Positions 23,751 through 34,634 of a stretch of 64,000 nt of DNA are shown one piece after another (the first letter of the stretch is position 1; every line of letters begins with the position of its first letter). The notes under the pieces were generated by a model that saw only the letters and a program-made list of their open reading frames with translations, did not search any database and was not told the DNA's origin. Origin of the DNA: an uncultured Nitrososphaeraceae archaeon (GTDB lineage: Archaea; Thermoproteota; Nitrososphaeria; Nitrososphaerales; Nitrososphaeraceae); contig CAWGVG010000003.1 in assembly GCA_963825865.1 (NCBI GenBank), positions 128,001 to 192,000 of the forward strand, in the 5' to 3' direction. The position numbers and the translations under genes were made by a program.

Positions 23751-24213
23751 ATGATGTTGTTCCTTATGCTACTTTAATTATTTAATGTCACTGTCGATTT
23801 GATTCATTCTTCCTGCTTATTTCTGTCTTCGAATGTTCTTTACCTGATTCTAGTAAACAAACGAATATTGTAAGATTATGACCACGAAAGAACAGTCTTT
23901 AGAAAATAGGACAACAAGAACCCAGCTCGAGATCCGCCATGGTTCGATAGTATATGTATCTGAGACTGGGGCATAATACTCTGTTCATATTTTTGCCAAT
24001 TTCCATTGATGATGTGGTATAAAGTTAGCCTCAGTTTTATGGTGAAAAACGATCAAATCCACCCAAAGAAGACTAGCCGTAACAAATACTTTATAATCTG
24101 TCTTAATTAACATACATGTCAATAGTTGTCAAATATGGGAAAAGATGAACTCATTTCTTAAAATCACTATATTGCTTATGCTGATACTCGGATATTGGTT
24201 AGCTGTATTTTTA

Positions 24214-25090
24214 TCATGTGTACATTCGTTCTACTCTTGCGTTCGGCTGTCCTTGTTCTTGTTGTTTCTGCTGCTGTGCTAGCATTACCTTAATTAGATC
24301 CTCCATCTGTCTTCTGGTCTTCTCTCCTTTTCGTCTTAACGGGCTTGTGTTAATATCGAGTATACCGTGGCGAAGGGAACCAATTGATTCTATGAGCAAT
24401 GCGACACCTTCAGAATCAGGAATACCGTTAGAAGCAGGTATGTATAAGCCCGTACATCTAATCTCATCTGACAAGCATGATGCCAAGAAGCCGCCTGAAG
24501 TCCCTTCTATAAAAGCCATGAATTTACTATCACTATCATCATCATCACCGATAGGTTGTAAACCACCATCATTATAAGCCGCCTTGACATCACTTGACAA
24601 TGCCAGGGTCTTTCTATCCGGTCCCGGAATACCCTCAACCGGAAAACCATCTAAAAGTATGACTTCTTTGGGATTATACTTCTTAATCCACTTTACAACT
24701 GTGCTTAGGTACAGAGTGAATTCCTGTCCTTATTATGGGTATATCACATAGGATAATGCATATTTTCCCATCATTATCTGCGTATATGCGAAATGGATGC
24801 CTGAGCTTTCCACCTATGTATATTATTCCTGGAATAATAAACTCCGAGTCGACAAATGCTATCTGGTGCATGCGTAATTGTTCTATGATATAGTTGGTCG
24901 CTATTGATCCTACCATGCCTGGCCCTGGAAAAGCAACAATAGTGGTTGGCTCATTTAATTTAATATTCTTAATAGTAGTTTTTGGTTTTATGCTAGTTTT
25001 TCCGTCAGCAGAAGAAACAACAGTAACAATCTCTGCTGCCTCTGATATTGCTGTATTATCTGCACTTGTTTTCTTGTCCATATCAATCAT
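24214..25090 (-). CDS. PAC2-family proteasome assembly chaperone (PbaA/PbaB-like; frameshift near 24708)
   Basis: AFPGPGMVGSIAT...HPFRIYA...IPDSEGVA and C-terminal MYT (HbYX). Confidence 0.85.
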
Positions 25091-25095
25091 ACAAG

Positions 25096-25755
25096 CTACA
25101 AAGACTTTATAATATCTTGTATCTTCCTTATCTTTGCTCCATAAATACGTTTTATGTAATCCAAGCCTGAGGTATGTTCTTCTTCTGTAAATGCCTCTAC
25201 TCCATCTTCTGCCACTACTATATTAAACCCTCTTATAAAAGCGTCATAGGACGTATGTCTGTCACAGATATTGGTATGCAGACCTGTTATTATTAATGTA
25301 TCAGCACCCTTTCCATCGTAAACCCCTTTGAGGGCTCTGTCCAAACCAGTCCCATCAAAGGCACTATACGTTCTCTTGGGAATTATATAATCTGTGTCTG
25401 TTGTTGATGATGATGATGGATTTAGCTCATCTATTACTTTCGCTCCTTCAGTATATTTCATGGCATGAGGACCCCATAAATTCATCTCATAAGTATCAAT
25501 TGGAAGATGTTCGTCAATGCAGTAAAAAACAGGTATCTGCTTTTGTCTTGCGGCATCAACCAAGAGTTTTATGTTCGGTATTATTCGAGTAGCCCTTTCA
25601 CATTTGAGTTTACCTTTGACAAAGTCATTTTGCATATCAATTACCAAAATAGCATACCTCTGCTGCGCTTTTGCTGCTCTTTTTATGGATTCATCTCTAA
25701 AAGAAGCTGATGATGATGATAGAATCCGCTCCTTTAGTTGAATCTTGTTTATCAT
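25096..25755 (-). CDS. pncA: Isochorismatase-family cysteine hydrolase, probably nicotinamidase
   Basis: VIDMQNDF, DEH, WGPHA, KRTYSAF and GLHTNIC motifs. Substrate inferred from pncB nearby. Confidence 0.75.
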   Translation of the reverse strand: MINKIQLKERILSSSSASFRDESIKRAAKAQQRYAILVIDMQNDFVKGKLKCERATRIIPNIKLLVDAARQKQIPVFYCIDEHLPIDTYEMNLWGPHAMKYTEGAKVIDELNPSSSSTTDTDYIIPKRTYSAFDGTGLDRALKGVYDGKGADTLIITGLHTNICDRHTSYDAFIRGFNIVVAEDGVEAFTEEEHTSGLDYIKRIYGAKIRKIQDIIKSL

Positions 25756-25855
25756 CTATTTGGCTGGTACTGATAGCGCTGTTTTCCGTTTCTTTTTCTC
25801 CTCCTACTCATTGTAATGTATCCATCTATTCACTAGAAGAATATATATAGAAATT

Positions 25856-25872
25856 GAATACAGTGCAATGCA
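25856..25872 (-). promoter_or_regulatory. Recurring 17-bp motif TGCATTGCACTGTATTC just upstream of a TATA-like box
   Basis: Near-identical to 52293-52309 and 55555-55571; TATATATA follows 6 nt downstream on the minus strand, ahead of pncA. Confidence 0.5.
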
Positions 25873-26090
25873 CAATATACGTAAGTATATCCATTCCCAT
25901 TAGACAATATAGTACATATACATCAGAGTTAGAATCAAAAACAACACACGGCATGTTGTATGGAATTATGATCATAAATCCGAAATCATATAACACGCAG
26001 GAAAAGTAGCTTTATCTAGCATATAATAACGTCATGCACTGCAACCGCGCTACTTAAATAAATATTGTATTATGTGTAATTTAATAAAAA

Positions 26091-26720
26091 ATGGCCTCAG
26101 GAACCCAAATTCATAAATTAAAAGTGGCAGACTATATGACTGATAATCCTATAACAATACAATCTAGAGCAACGTTTCCAGAAGCTGTAACTATCATGGC
26201 CACCAAAGGAATTGGCAATCTTATTGTAACAGAAAATCGTAATGTCGTTGTTGGCCTCCTTACAGAAAGGGAAATCCTTCAATATCTTTCATTGAATAGG
26301 GAAATACCAAATAAAAATATCGAATATACTGCGTTGCAATCATTTAGCCAAATATCGCCAGATGATACGATTTATGCTGCAGCTAAATCAATGATTTCCA
26401 ATAAAACCAGATTGCTGGTTTTTGAGGATAATAATAATAATAAATTAGCAGGGATAATTACAGCATCACATATAGTCAGAGCATTTAGGAAAACAGATAG
26501 CAATCCGCCAGTAGAAGATGTAATGAGCAATAAAATATTTGATCTGGCATATAACAATTCCATTCTCATGGCAGTCAAAATATTACGCAAAAGAAGAATT
26601 GGCAGCGTTATTGTAACCAAAGACGAAAAGCCATACGGAATATTTACTGAAAGAGATTTGCTTACGAAAGTTTTATCAAAAGGTGTAGAACTAGATGAAA
26701 AAGTTGGCAGCTCTCTCTAA
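26091..26720 (+). CDS. CBS-domain protein (C-terminally truncated)
   Basis: KVADYMT..PITI, GLLTEREIL, GIITASHIV and GIFTERDLL repeats. Confidence 0.88.
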   Translation: MASGTQIHKLKVADYMTDNPITIQSRATFPEAVTIMATKGIGNLIVTENRNVVVGLLTEREILQYLSLNREIPNKNIEYTALQSFSQISPDDTIYAAAKSMISNKTRLLVFEDNNNNKLAGIITASHIVRAFRKTDSNPPVEDVMSNKIFDLAYNNSILMAVKILRKRRIGSVIVTKDEKPYGIFTERDLLTKVLSKGVELDEKVGSSL

Positions 26721-27319
26721 TCCTGATCATATCTAAACAACTATCCAATATGTGTTATATCAAATCCTAATTGCTCCTTTAAAGCAAATTACTGAACGTA
26801 AAAGTCTATTGCTAAGATCATAACTGATACCATATGCAAAAATAAATTAAAACTTTACAATTTAAAAATAGATCAACCCGACCCTGTGCTGATTAACAAA
26901 GTTTATAATGAAGATGATTCAAGGGGAAAGTATTAAATACAAATACTCTTCCAATTAGGATATCTTTTTAGCCTGGCAAAGAAAGTTTGAAATCATCACA
27001 CGCAGGATTTCACGTATCAATATGCTAAATAAAAGATATTTTTTTACAATCAATAATTTTTCAACGCCTACGAAGAATATCTCCAAACCAATACTCACTG
27101 GCCCTGTAGAAACCATTAATTATTATAATAAGATTTGTTAATCTATGCATGTTATACGCTATACATCTAAACGACAATTCTCTGTTCTGCGTTTTTACTG
27201 ACCTTGATGTAAGATGTTCTCCAAATATATTTCGTTTTTGTTTCTCTGATGGTAGACTACCTTGGAGTAACCCCGCTTCATCTGTTTTCTATACTTTCCA
27301 TGCGTTCTCCATATTGGTA

Positions 27320-27650
27320 CTTCAGATCTATGTAGATGGCCTAGTAGTAATCAACGAGAGCAAGAAACCTATCGGCAGGATTAGTAGCAAACACATCATT
27401 TCCGATATTCTAAGGATTGGCTATCCAGACTGGTTAGAAAGAACGCAGAACAGATTGTGGATGATTTTGTGGTAACTGTAGATATGAATTCGCCTTTGGG
27501 CAAAGCATTAGAAATCTTTGAGAAAACAAGGTTTGCTTTTGTTTCCATAATAGCTAAAGATAGCTCAACAGTAGGCAGCATCACTTTCCATGAGATATTC
27601 TACCTTTAATAGCGAGAACTAATATCGATAGACCAATAAAAGATTTATGC
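27320..27650 (+). pseudogene. CBS-domain protein remnant
   Basis: QIYVDGLVVINESKKPIGRISSKHII...SPLGKALEIFEKTRFAFVSI, broken by indels. Confidence 0.55.
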
Positions 27651-27941
27651 TCTCCAGCCAGATATTAGAATACTATATATATATGATAACCTCGCCCCGA
27701 TTCATTTGTTATCATAGATGCGAAGAAACAACAACCATTAAGCCGTTATCCAATTCACTTTACAACCAATACGGGTTTGTGTGCATAAGTTACTACGTTA
27801 GAAGCAACACTTCCCTTCAGGATAATTACTGTCTGCAGCAATATGAAGGACGAAGTTATCCTTGCCATTATAACACCGCTTACCGCAGCAGCAAACTAAT
27901 TAACAATATAAATGACAAATAGATAGGAGAGTTAGTACACT

Positions 27942-28869
27942 ATGCAGACTCAAAGCAGGAGATATCAGCAACAATAATCCTATCACATTAGAAGCGAATA
28001 AAACACTTTATGACGTTCGCAATCTCCTAATTAAATATAACATTAGCAGAGTTATAATTGTAAAGGAAAAGGAAAAGGAAAACAAAGAACCGATAGGGAT
28101 CATTACAGAGAAAGATATCGCTCGCTTTCTTTTTAGAGACTTACCTAGGAGACGTCTTGGTGAAATAAGAATAGATGAGGCCATAAGAAATCAAAATCTG
28201 ATAACAGCGAAAGAAGATACTGATGTAAGTAGTTGTGCTAGATCAATGGTGGAAAATAGCATAAGCTCTTTAATAATAACTGCAGACAGCATTTTAAGAG
28301 GAGTATTAACCAAGACGGACCTTTTGGATGCATATGCAAAGAGTTATGGCGGAGATGTCACAGCAAATGAATACATGACCAAGAGAGTGCTAACGGTAAA
28401 TCCCGATGAGTCCGTGCATATGGTACTCCTTATAATGGTAGATAGCAATGTGTCTAGGGTTGTTGTAGTTGAAGATAATAAGAAAAATAGCAAACCTGTT
28501 GGAATAATTACCAGTCATGATTTATTGCCTGCAAGCACAAAATTACATGCAAATAAAACGACACCTTATACTCGATATTGGATGAAAAGCAAAGATATCC
28601 AAAATAACAAAATGAAAGATAACGCTACGGATATTGTTGGCAGGAGCAGAAGAAGCAACTTACCATATGGAATGAAAAGGATACTATTAGCTGAGGATAT
28701 TATGAAATTTAATCTTATCATTGTTACAGATTATGCCGATTTAGTGGACGTAGCACTTATAATGAAAGGGAATAGGATAAGCGGTCTTCCTGTTGTAGAT
28801 TCAAATGATAAGCTTGTTGGAATAATCACAAAAACAGACATTGCTAGAGCAATAGTAGACGGTAAATAA
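27942..28869 (+). CDS. Four-CBS-domain protein (extra base after the start codon)
   Basis: Frame open from ~27946: PITLEANKTLYD...GIITEKDIARFL...GVLTKTDLL...RISGLPVVD...GIITKTDI. Paralog of 59816..60707. Confidence 0.88.
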
Positions 28870-29080
28870 TAGAGCTTGATTACTAGCTTCTATCTATGCT
28901 ACTAGTATTCTTCTTCTTCTATGATATTCAAGTATCATTTCCTTTTGGCCTTCATTAAGGGTAGCGAGCTAGCTTAGCATCGCCTTCTCACACGATTTTA
29001 CGGTCTAATGATGATGGCATGAATAATCAAGAAATACGTACCGCAAAGAAAACAATAAAATATTATTATCTTCTATTTGG

Positions 29081-29533
29081 GTGGTTTTTTACGACTTGAC
29101 AATTGAATGGGATGCAGTAATTGTTGAAAATGTGTTACTAGCCTTGATAATTGTTGGGACAATTTATGTTGAGGGATGGTTCCAGAGAAAAGCACAACAG
29201 CGCAAAGACAAAGACATGATCAGACAGACAGTTATGTTCATAACTTCTGACCTTCAAGGAAAATTGCGATTTATAGAAGAATCAATCCAATACCACGATT
29301 ACAAACCCTTCTTTACTAACATGTGGGATGCAATGATATTAGCAGGTAGACACGCATTACTTCCTTTTGAAATGTTCGAAGACTTAGAGCATACTTATTC
29401 GTCCATGAAATACTACAATACTGAGCTGCAAAGCAATAAAACTGACGAAAACGTTCTTAAAGATCTTTTAGCGGATGTAAGGAAGGCTATATATCATTCG
29501 CTTGAGAATCTGAGTGAAACTAAAAAGCCTTAG
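29081..29533 (+). CDS. Hypothetical single-pass membrane protein
   Basis: 150-aa ORF with one N-terminal hydrophobic helix. Confidence 0.6.
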   Translation: MVFYDLTIEWDAVIVENVLLALIIVGTIYVEGWFQRKAQQRKDKDMIRQTVMFITSDLQGKLRFIEESIQYHDYKPFFTNMWDAMILAGRHALLPFEMFEDLEHTYSSMKYYNTELQSNKTDENVLKDLLADVRKAIYHSLENLSETKKP

Positions 29534-29800
29534 CTCATTTAGGATAATTTCATCATCAACGACTCTCCACCAGACAGATCCAAGAGCTGCCACTACTCCC
29601 ATTGAAACATCGGAAAGTTATTCCTGGTTTGAAAATTGATACATCTTATCTTAACTCACAAGAGGCAGAAATCACAAAAAAGGCAAACACAACTTTGAAG
29701 TTAAATAAGCAAAAACAGAAAGATAACTATCCCCTCAAGCACTAGTGTGGCGTTTGTAAGTAGGTATATTCTTTAGCTGGATATAATGACTGTGTCTTTA

Positions 29801-29936
29801 AAGTATTTTTTATATGGAAATATCATACTTTCCTAATCACCCTTCTCCTTCCAATTGATTGCCTTCCATTACAATTCTTATTTATTTGTATTATGCTAGT
29901 AATGATGATAGGCTGTGGAGTTTGATTAATTCATGT
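29801..29936 (-). repeat. Inverted duplicate of 62416-62560 (USP upstream region and first codons)
   Basis: Reverse complement reads CATGAATTAATCAAA..CCACAGCCT.TCATCATTACTAGCATAAT...AATCAATTGGAAGGAGAA...TTTCCATATAAAAAA, as at 62416-62560. Confidence 0.8.
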
Positions 29937-30064
29937 ATAAGCGAGCAAGGCATGGATTGGATGGAAGTAGGTATTGTCGTTTATTTCCTTATGGCTATAT
30001 TGTATGTTTTTAAGGCCATCTCACTCTATTTCATATGGTACCTAATCAAAAATACAGGCAGCGG

Positions 30065-30544
30065 CTAATCCCGGTAATATTTTATTATCTCTGAGATAAC
30101 ATTATCTTCCTCTGTATGTCTTATTTTTCCAGCCTGTTCTCTATACCTAGTAAAGTCCATGGGAGTAATAATACCTACAGGCTTTCCTACAGCATCTCTA
30201 TTATCAATGACAAGCAAATGCCTTATTCTATTTTGGAGAAGCACATCAGCTGCTTGTTTTGGCGAGGAATCAGAATTAATGGTAATAAGAGGAGAAGATA
30301 TTATGTCGACAATTCTTATAGCATCAATATTGCCAATACTTTCATTTGCACATACCTTTCTGACTATATCGCGCTCAGTTACTAAACCTACAGGTTTGTT
30401 GTCATTATCTCTATTAACTACCACTAATGAACTAACATCCTCTTCTTTCATTTTCTTTGCAGCTTGCCGGACAGATGCCTCTTCTTTAATTGTTTTTAGC
30501 TTCGTTGTCATAAAATCTATAACGGTTGTGTGAGTCAAGATCAT
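30065..30544 (-). CDS. CBS-pair protein
   Basis: VGLVTERDIVRKV, RIRHLLVI and VGIITPMDF. Confidence 0.88.
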   Translation of the reverse strand: MILTHTTVIDFMTTKLKTIKEEASVRQAAKKMKEEDVSSLVVVNRDNDNKPVGLVTERDIVRKVCANESIGNIDAIRIVDIISSPLITINSDSSPKQAADVLLQNRIRHLLVIDNRDAVGKPVGIITPMDFTRYREQAGKIRHTEEDNVISEIIKYYRD

Positions 30545-31130
30545 TTACAATTTAAATTACAAATCTTTAAGGATAACGATGAAATCCAAATCTTTTTCTG
30601 TGAGACAAGCTAGAGATGTACGCGCAATCAAAGTAGTATACAGATATCTATAATAATAAAGAAATATTATACGGATATTAGATTAAGGTCAATAGATATA
30701 ACAGCCGTAGCGCCATATCTACTGTGAAATTATATAAGGAAGAAATATTTCTATTATCGTATCTATCTGAGCTTTAGGCTCGACAATATTTCTAATTTTT
30801 GACATTGTAATTTTTATAAAAACTTGTAAATCTTACAAACAATAAATAGTCAGTTACATAAATAGATGTAATACAATCTAATAAAGTAATACCATGACGT
30901 TTATACTGATTCTCTTTCTGAAACACGTCAGAAAAGACTTTACGACTATAGCTTCTAAATAAAACACTATGAAATATCCGTTGTTAGAATTTTAATTAAG
31001 CACCTAGACTTGATAGAAAAAAGAACCTACTGCTGTTAACCAAATGTAATTGCTAAAGCTTTATCAGATTAAGAATAATATGCATAATGGTAAGAAATAC
31101 AGGAGTGTATTCATCAGTACATGGTTTATT

Positions 31131-31247
31131 CTACTCCCCGATTTCAACGTCCTGATTAGAGTGGACGTCTTGATAATGCCTATCGGCATCATCTCTAGTA
31201 AGGAACTCTTTACCACAAATAGAACACCTAAATGTCCCATCTGTTAT
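31131..31247 (-). CDS. 38-aa C2H2 zinc-finger microprotein (ATA or decayed start; not in ORF track)
   Basis: Own translation: ITDGTFRCSICGKEFLTRDDADRHYQDVHSNQDVEIGE, matching C-x2-C-x12-H-x4-H. Confidence 0.55.
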   Translation of the reverse strand: MTDGTFRCSICGKEFLTRDDADRHYQDVHSNQDVEIGE

Positions 31248-31256
31248 TGTATATTC

Positions 31257-31739
31257 CTACATTTTGTATCCAATTTTCCTTAGAAATTGTTTTCTCTCTT
31301 CGACATCTCCTTCTGTCTCTATACCTTTTGATTTAAATCCGTCGACGACTCCAATTATTGCCCTTCCCTGTTCAGTTTCAATAAAGATTACTTCAATTGG
31401 ATTAGCTGTAGCACAGTATATGTTAACTACCTCTGGTACCTCTTTTAACCTTGGTAAAATGTTTATTGGATAAGCCTCCTTTATCAAGATTATTAGACTA
31501 TGTCCTACAGAGAGTTTGTATGCATAATCGGTTGCAAGTAATTCTAGATTACTATCATTTCCAGCATGCCTCACTAAACATGGACCACTGGATTCACAAA
31601 AGGCGATACCAAATTTTATGTCAGGTACACAATTAACTAAACATTCTGAAACATCTTCTACTGTTTTGATAAAATGACTCTGAGCTAGAATAATTTGAAC
31701 GTCCTTTGGAAGTTCTATTTTTGAAAATTGAAGCTCCAT
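31257..31739 (-). CDS. Adenosine-specific kinase / AMP-binding family protein
   Basis: QSHFIKTVED, FGIAFCESSGPCLVR, IYCATANP, GVVDG and FLRKIGYK. Confidence 0.88.
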   Translation of the reverse strand: MELQFSKIELPKDVQIILAQSHFIKTVEDVSECLVNCVPDIKFGIAFCESSGPCLVRHAGNDSNLELLATDYAYKLSVGHSLIILIKEAYPINILPRLKEVPEVVNIYCATANPIEVIFIETEQGRAIIGVVDGFKSKGIETEGDVEERKQFLRKIGYKM

Positions 31740-32049
31740 AAATTAAGAGAATAACTATCAACTATTAATACACATGCTATCGGAAATTGGCAAGAGCAAT
31801 AATAATAATAAGGGCTTATATAATAATGGTGTATTTAATTGTTAAGACATTCTTAAGATGACTACTAGGTATGCAAAGTACGGAAAGATTAAAACCTCAA
31901 ATTCATCACCATCATCAGGAGCAAAAGCAACAGAAAAACAAGGACGACGACAACAAAACAAAGAAGAACAATCATTATTAGTAAACATACCATCTGGTTC
32001 TGTGGAATTAGAAGAAATAGATATGTAGCCAAAGTACTTAGAGAATCAA

Positions 32050-32547
32050 AAATTGCTACCTTGATACTTTGACTAGACATTTTAGATTCGATATAAATTT
32101 ACTGGCTAATAGATTCATTGATGTTACTAATTGGATTATAGATTATAATAGGAACAATCTGGCATTGGTATTATTAATAGTACACAAATACCAACAGAGA
32201 GCAAAGAAAAGAAGAATAGCTTCTTAAATCTAAATATAGGTCATTTTGGTGCCACTACAGGTGCAGGAGCGGCCCTGGTTGCATCTTCAAAGCTTCAAGA
32301 TAATAATAACAACAATTATGCCATTGTCAACGCAATAGTGTCAAGAGTAGGAAGACCTGATCTAGCAGGAGAACATGGGTTATCAACAGTGAGATCACAT
32401 ACATTATTGATTATTGGTAGTAATGATGCAGTAGTCATCGAATTAAATAAACAAGCTCTAAATTATTTAACAAATACATTACAAGAAAGTGAATTAGTAA
32501 TTGTTCCTGGAGCAACACATCTTTTTGAAGAACCAGGAACACTATAG
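32050..32547 (+). pseudogene. Dienelactone-hydrolase-like alpha/beta hydrolase remnant
   Basis: IGHFGATTGAGAAL, VSRVGRPDLAG and VPGATHLFEEPGTL; N-terminus decayed. Confidence 0.78.
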
Positions 32548-32670
32548 ACAGGTCTTGACACAATACAGATAGCATGAGGTTAAAATTTTTTTAAATGGTG
32601 GTCCTGTGTAATAATAGAAAAATTCCTATGATTTTTATCAGTCCTTAAACGAGAAAGTATTGTATAGATA

Positions 32671-33579
32671 TTGTCACTACAGGTAGCGAAAATCAAAGGA
32701 ATACCTATCCGTTTACATTTTACTTTAATTATTGCCTTTTTTCTAATATCTTGGACACTTGCAGCAACGCTAATGCCTCAAATATATCGTTATCCCGGTC
32801 ATACGACTGTACATTATTGGATTATGGGTGTACTGGGTGCGGCTATAGTTTTTATATCTGTACTTTTACACGAATTAGCACATTCCATTTTAGCACTAAG
32901 GTATGGCATTAGAGTACGCCAGATAATGCTCTTCATTTTTGGTGGAGTTTCAGATATAGAAGAAGAAGAATACAAGTGGGAACAAGAAGGAGAAATAATA
33001 GGACCATCAAAAATGGACTTTCGCAAAGAGTTTAAAATTGCAGTAGTGGGTCCTTTGACGAGTTTTATTATTGCAAGTGTGCTAGCATTGGCATGGTGGA
33101 TATTGGTTCAAACTGATACTACAGGAGGAGGATTTACGGTTACTACTAGCACTACTATTACTACAATTAATATAGCAAAAAGGATTGCAGAAGGTGTTCT
33201 TCAATATGGTGCAGTTGTAAACACACTTCTTGGAGGATTTAATCTTATACCTGCATTTCCATTAGATGGTGGCAGAATATTGCGTTCTGCTTTATTACAA
33301 TGGAAAAAAGATTATGATCAGTCTACAAAAATTGCAGTAAAAATTGGAATATCAATATCCTACGGGTTTATGGCACTAGGCTTTATGACCATGATCTCCG
33401 GGGAATTCGTTAGTGGAATATGGATACTACTCATAGGCTGGTTTCTAAACACCGGCGCTCAATCTTATTTGCAACAACAAGGAAATCAGCAAGTTTGCAA
33501 GAAAACAATAACAAATGAGGACTACTACTACACCGTGTCTACAAGTTTACAGGACCCCTTTGCTAAAGCCTTCGAATGA
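32671..33579 (+). CDS. M50 site-2 intramembrane metalloprotease (C-terminal CBS region truncated)
   Basis: HELAH zinc motif, FNLIPAFPLDGGR and multiple TM helices. Confidence 0.92.
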   Translation: MSLQVAKIKGIPIRLHFTLIIAFFLISWTLAATLMPQIYRYPGHTTVHYWIMGVLGAAIVFISVLLHELAHSILALRYGIRVRQIMLFIFGGVSDIEEEEYKWEQEGEIIGPSKMDFRKEFKIAVVGPLTSFIIASVLALAWWILVQTDTTGGGFTVTTSTTITTINIAKRIAEGVLQYGAVVNTLLGGFNLIPAFPLDGGRILRSALLQWKKDYDQSTKIAVKIGISISYGFMALGFMTMISGEFVSGIWILLIGWFLNTGAQSYLQQQGNQQVCKKTITNEDYYYTVSTSLQDPFAKAFE

Positions 33580-34155
33580 GCTTTGTTCAAGCTATATTCA
33601 TACTAAATTAGTCATCTCCCTTTTTTTCACATCGTCAGCATTACTTCTAAATCCGTGTAAAAACACGAATTGCACGGGCATATTACACTATTTGTGTGGT
33701 TCATCGTCAGACGTATACAGGTGGTTGATCAGGTGAGCAGATATTGTTCTCTTTTTATATATTTGTAAATGTCCAATTACCACGTATTCTTATTACTTGG
33801 TCCAAAAATAGGCTCTAGGCTACACATTGAATGTGCTTAACTAAGAGCTAATTTCACTACTTTTGTTTTTATTTTTATCTTTTTGATGGTAATTTAGCTT
33901 TCTCTTGTTCCAATATTTCTCTTAGTTTTTATTCTTCTTGTTCTCTCATCTTGATCCCTTCCAAGAAGAAGAACTGCAGCATCTTAATTACATCATTTTT
34001 AACATCTGGAGAGATCTTTATTGTATCTTATATGATTTTTTTCCGACACAATGGAAAGTCTTTAGCTCTAAATACTGCTCCCACAACGGATTATCATGGA
34101 TTGTTGAGATTTATATAACACTCGATTCTAATAAAGAAATGGGCATTATAAAATT

Positions 34156-34378
34156 ATGACCCCGGGAGAAGGACAGCCTTTGGAAAAGGGCAGCAACAAG
34201 AACTCATCTCCAGATCAGTCGTGGTTCGATAGGAACATGTACCTGCAAAACATGTGATCATGGCCTTGTAAGGGATTGTCTTAAAATAAGATGTACGTGC
34301 TGCAAAGGACATGATCATTCAATGGTTCTAGATGGAATAGAAGGATTTCCACCAACAAGTGATAATAGCAACGGATAG
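34156..34378 (+). CDS. Small Cys/His-rich putative metal-binding protein (one frameshift near 34234; not in ORF track)
   Basis: Own reconstruction: ...WFDRTCTCKTCDHGLVRDCLKIRCTCCKGHDHSMVLDGIEGF... Confidence 0.5.
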
Positions 34379-34634
34379 GAGGTGATATTAATGTCTGAGC
34401 GTATTCTCGGACAGCAACAAATTTCACATTTATCTTTGCGATGACTAGTGGGGTCTTGGGACAGGTGTTATCATAATTGTTGCCAAAGCTTCGGATTATC
34501 CCTTGCTAATGTCCATCAAGACACAAGTAGGAAGAAGAAACAACGAAGTCATCTTCAAACGTAAAAACAAGCTAATTGGAATCATATAATAATACTGACG
34601 TGTAGGATGATAATAAATTGTTAGATGATGCTGT

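Noticed and set aside
23313-31259. Amber (pyrrolysine-type) recoding suggested by in-frame TAGs in ureF and after the adenosine kinase
   Set aside because: Many intact genes here end in TAG, the kinase family normally ends at that position, and no pyl genes are visible.
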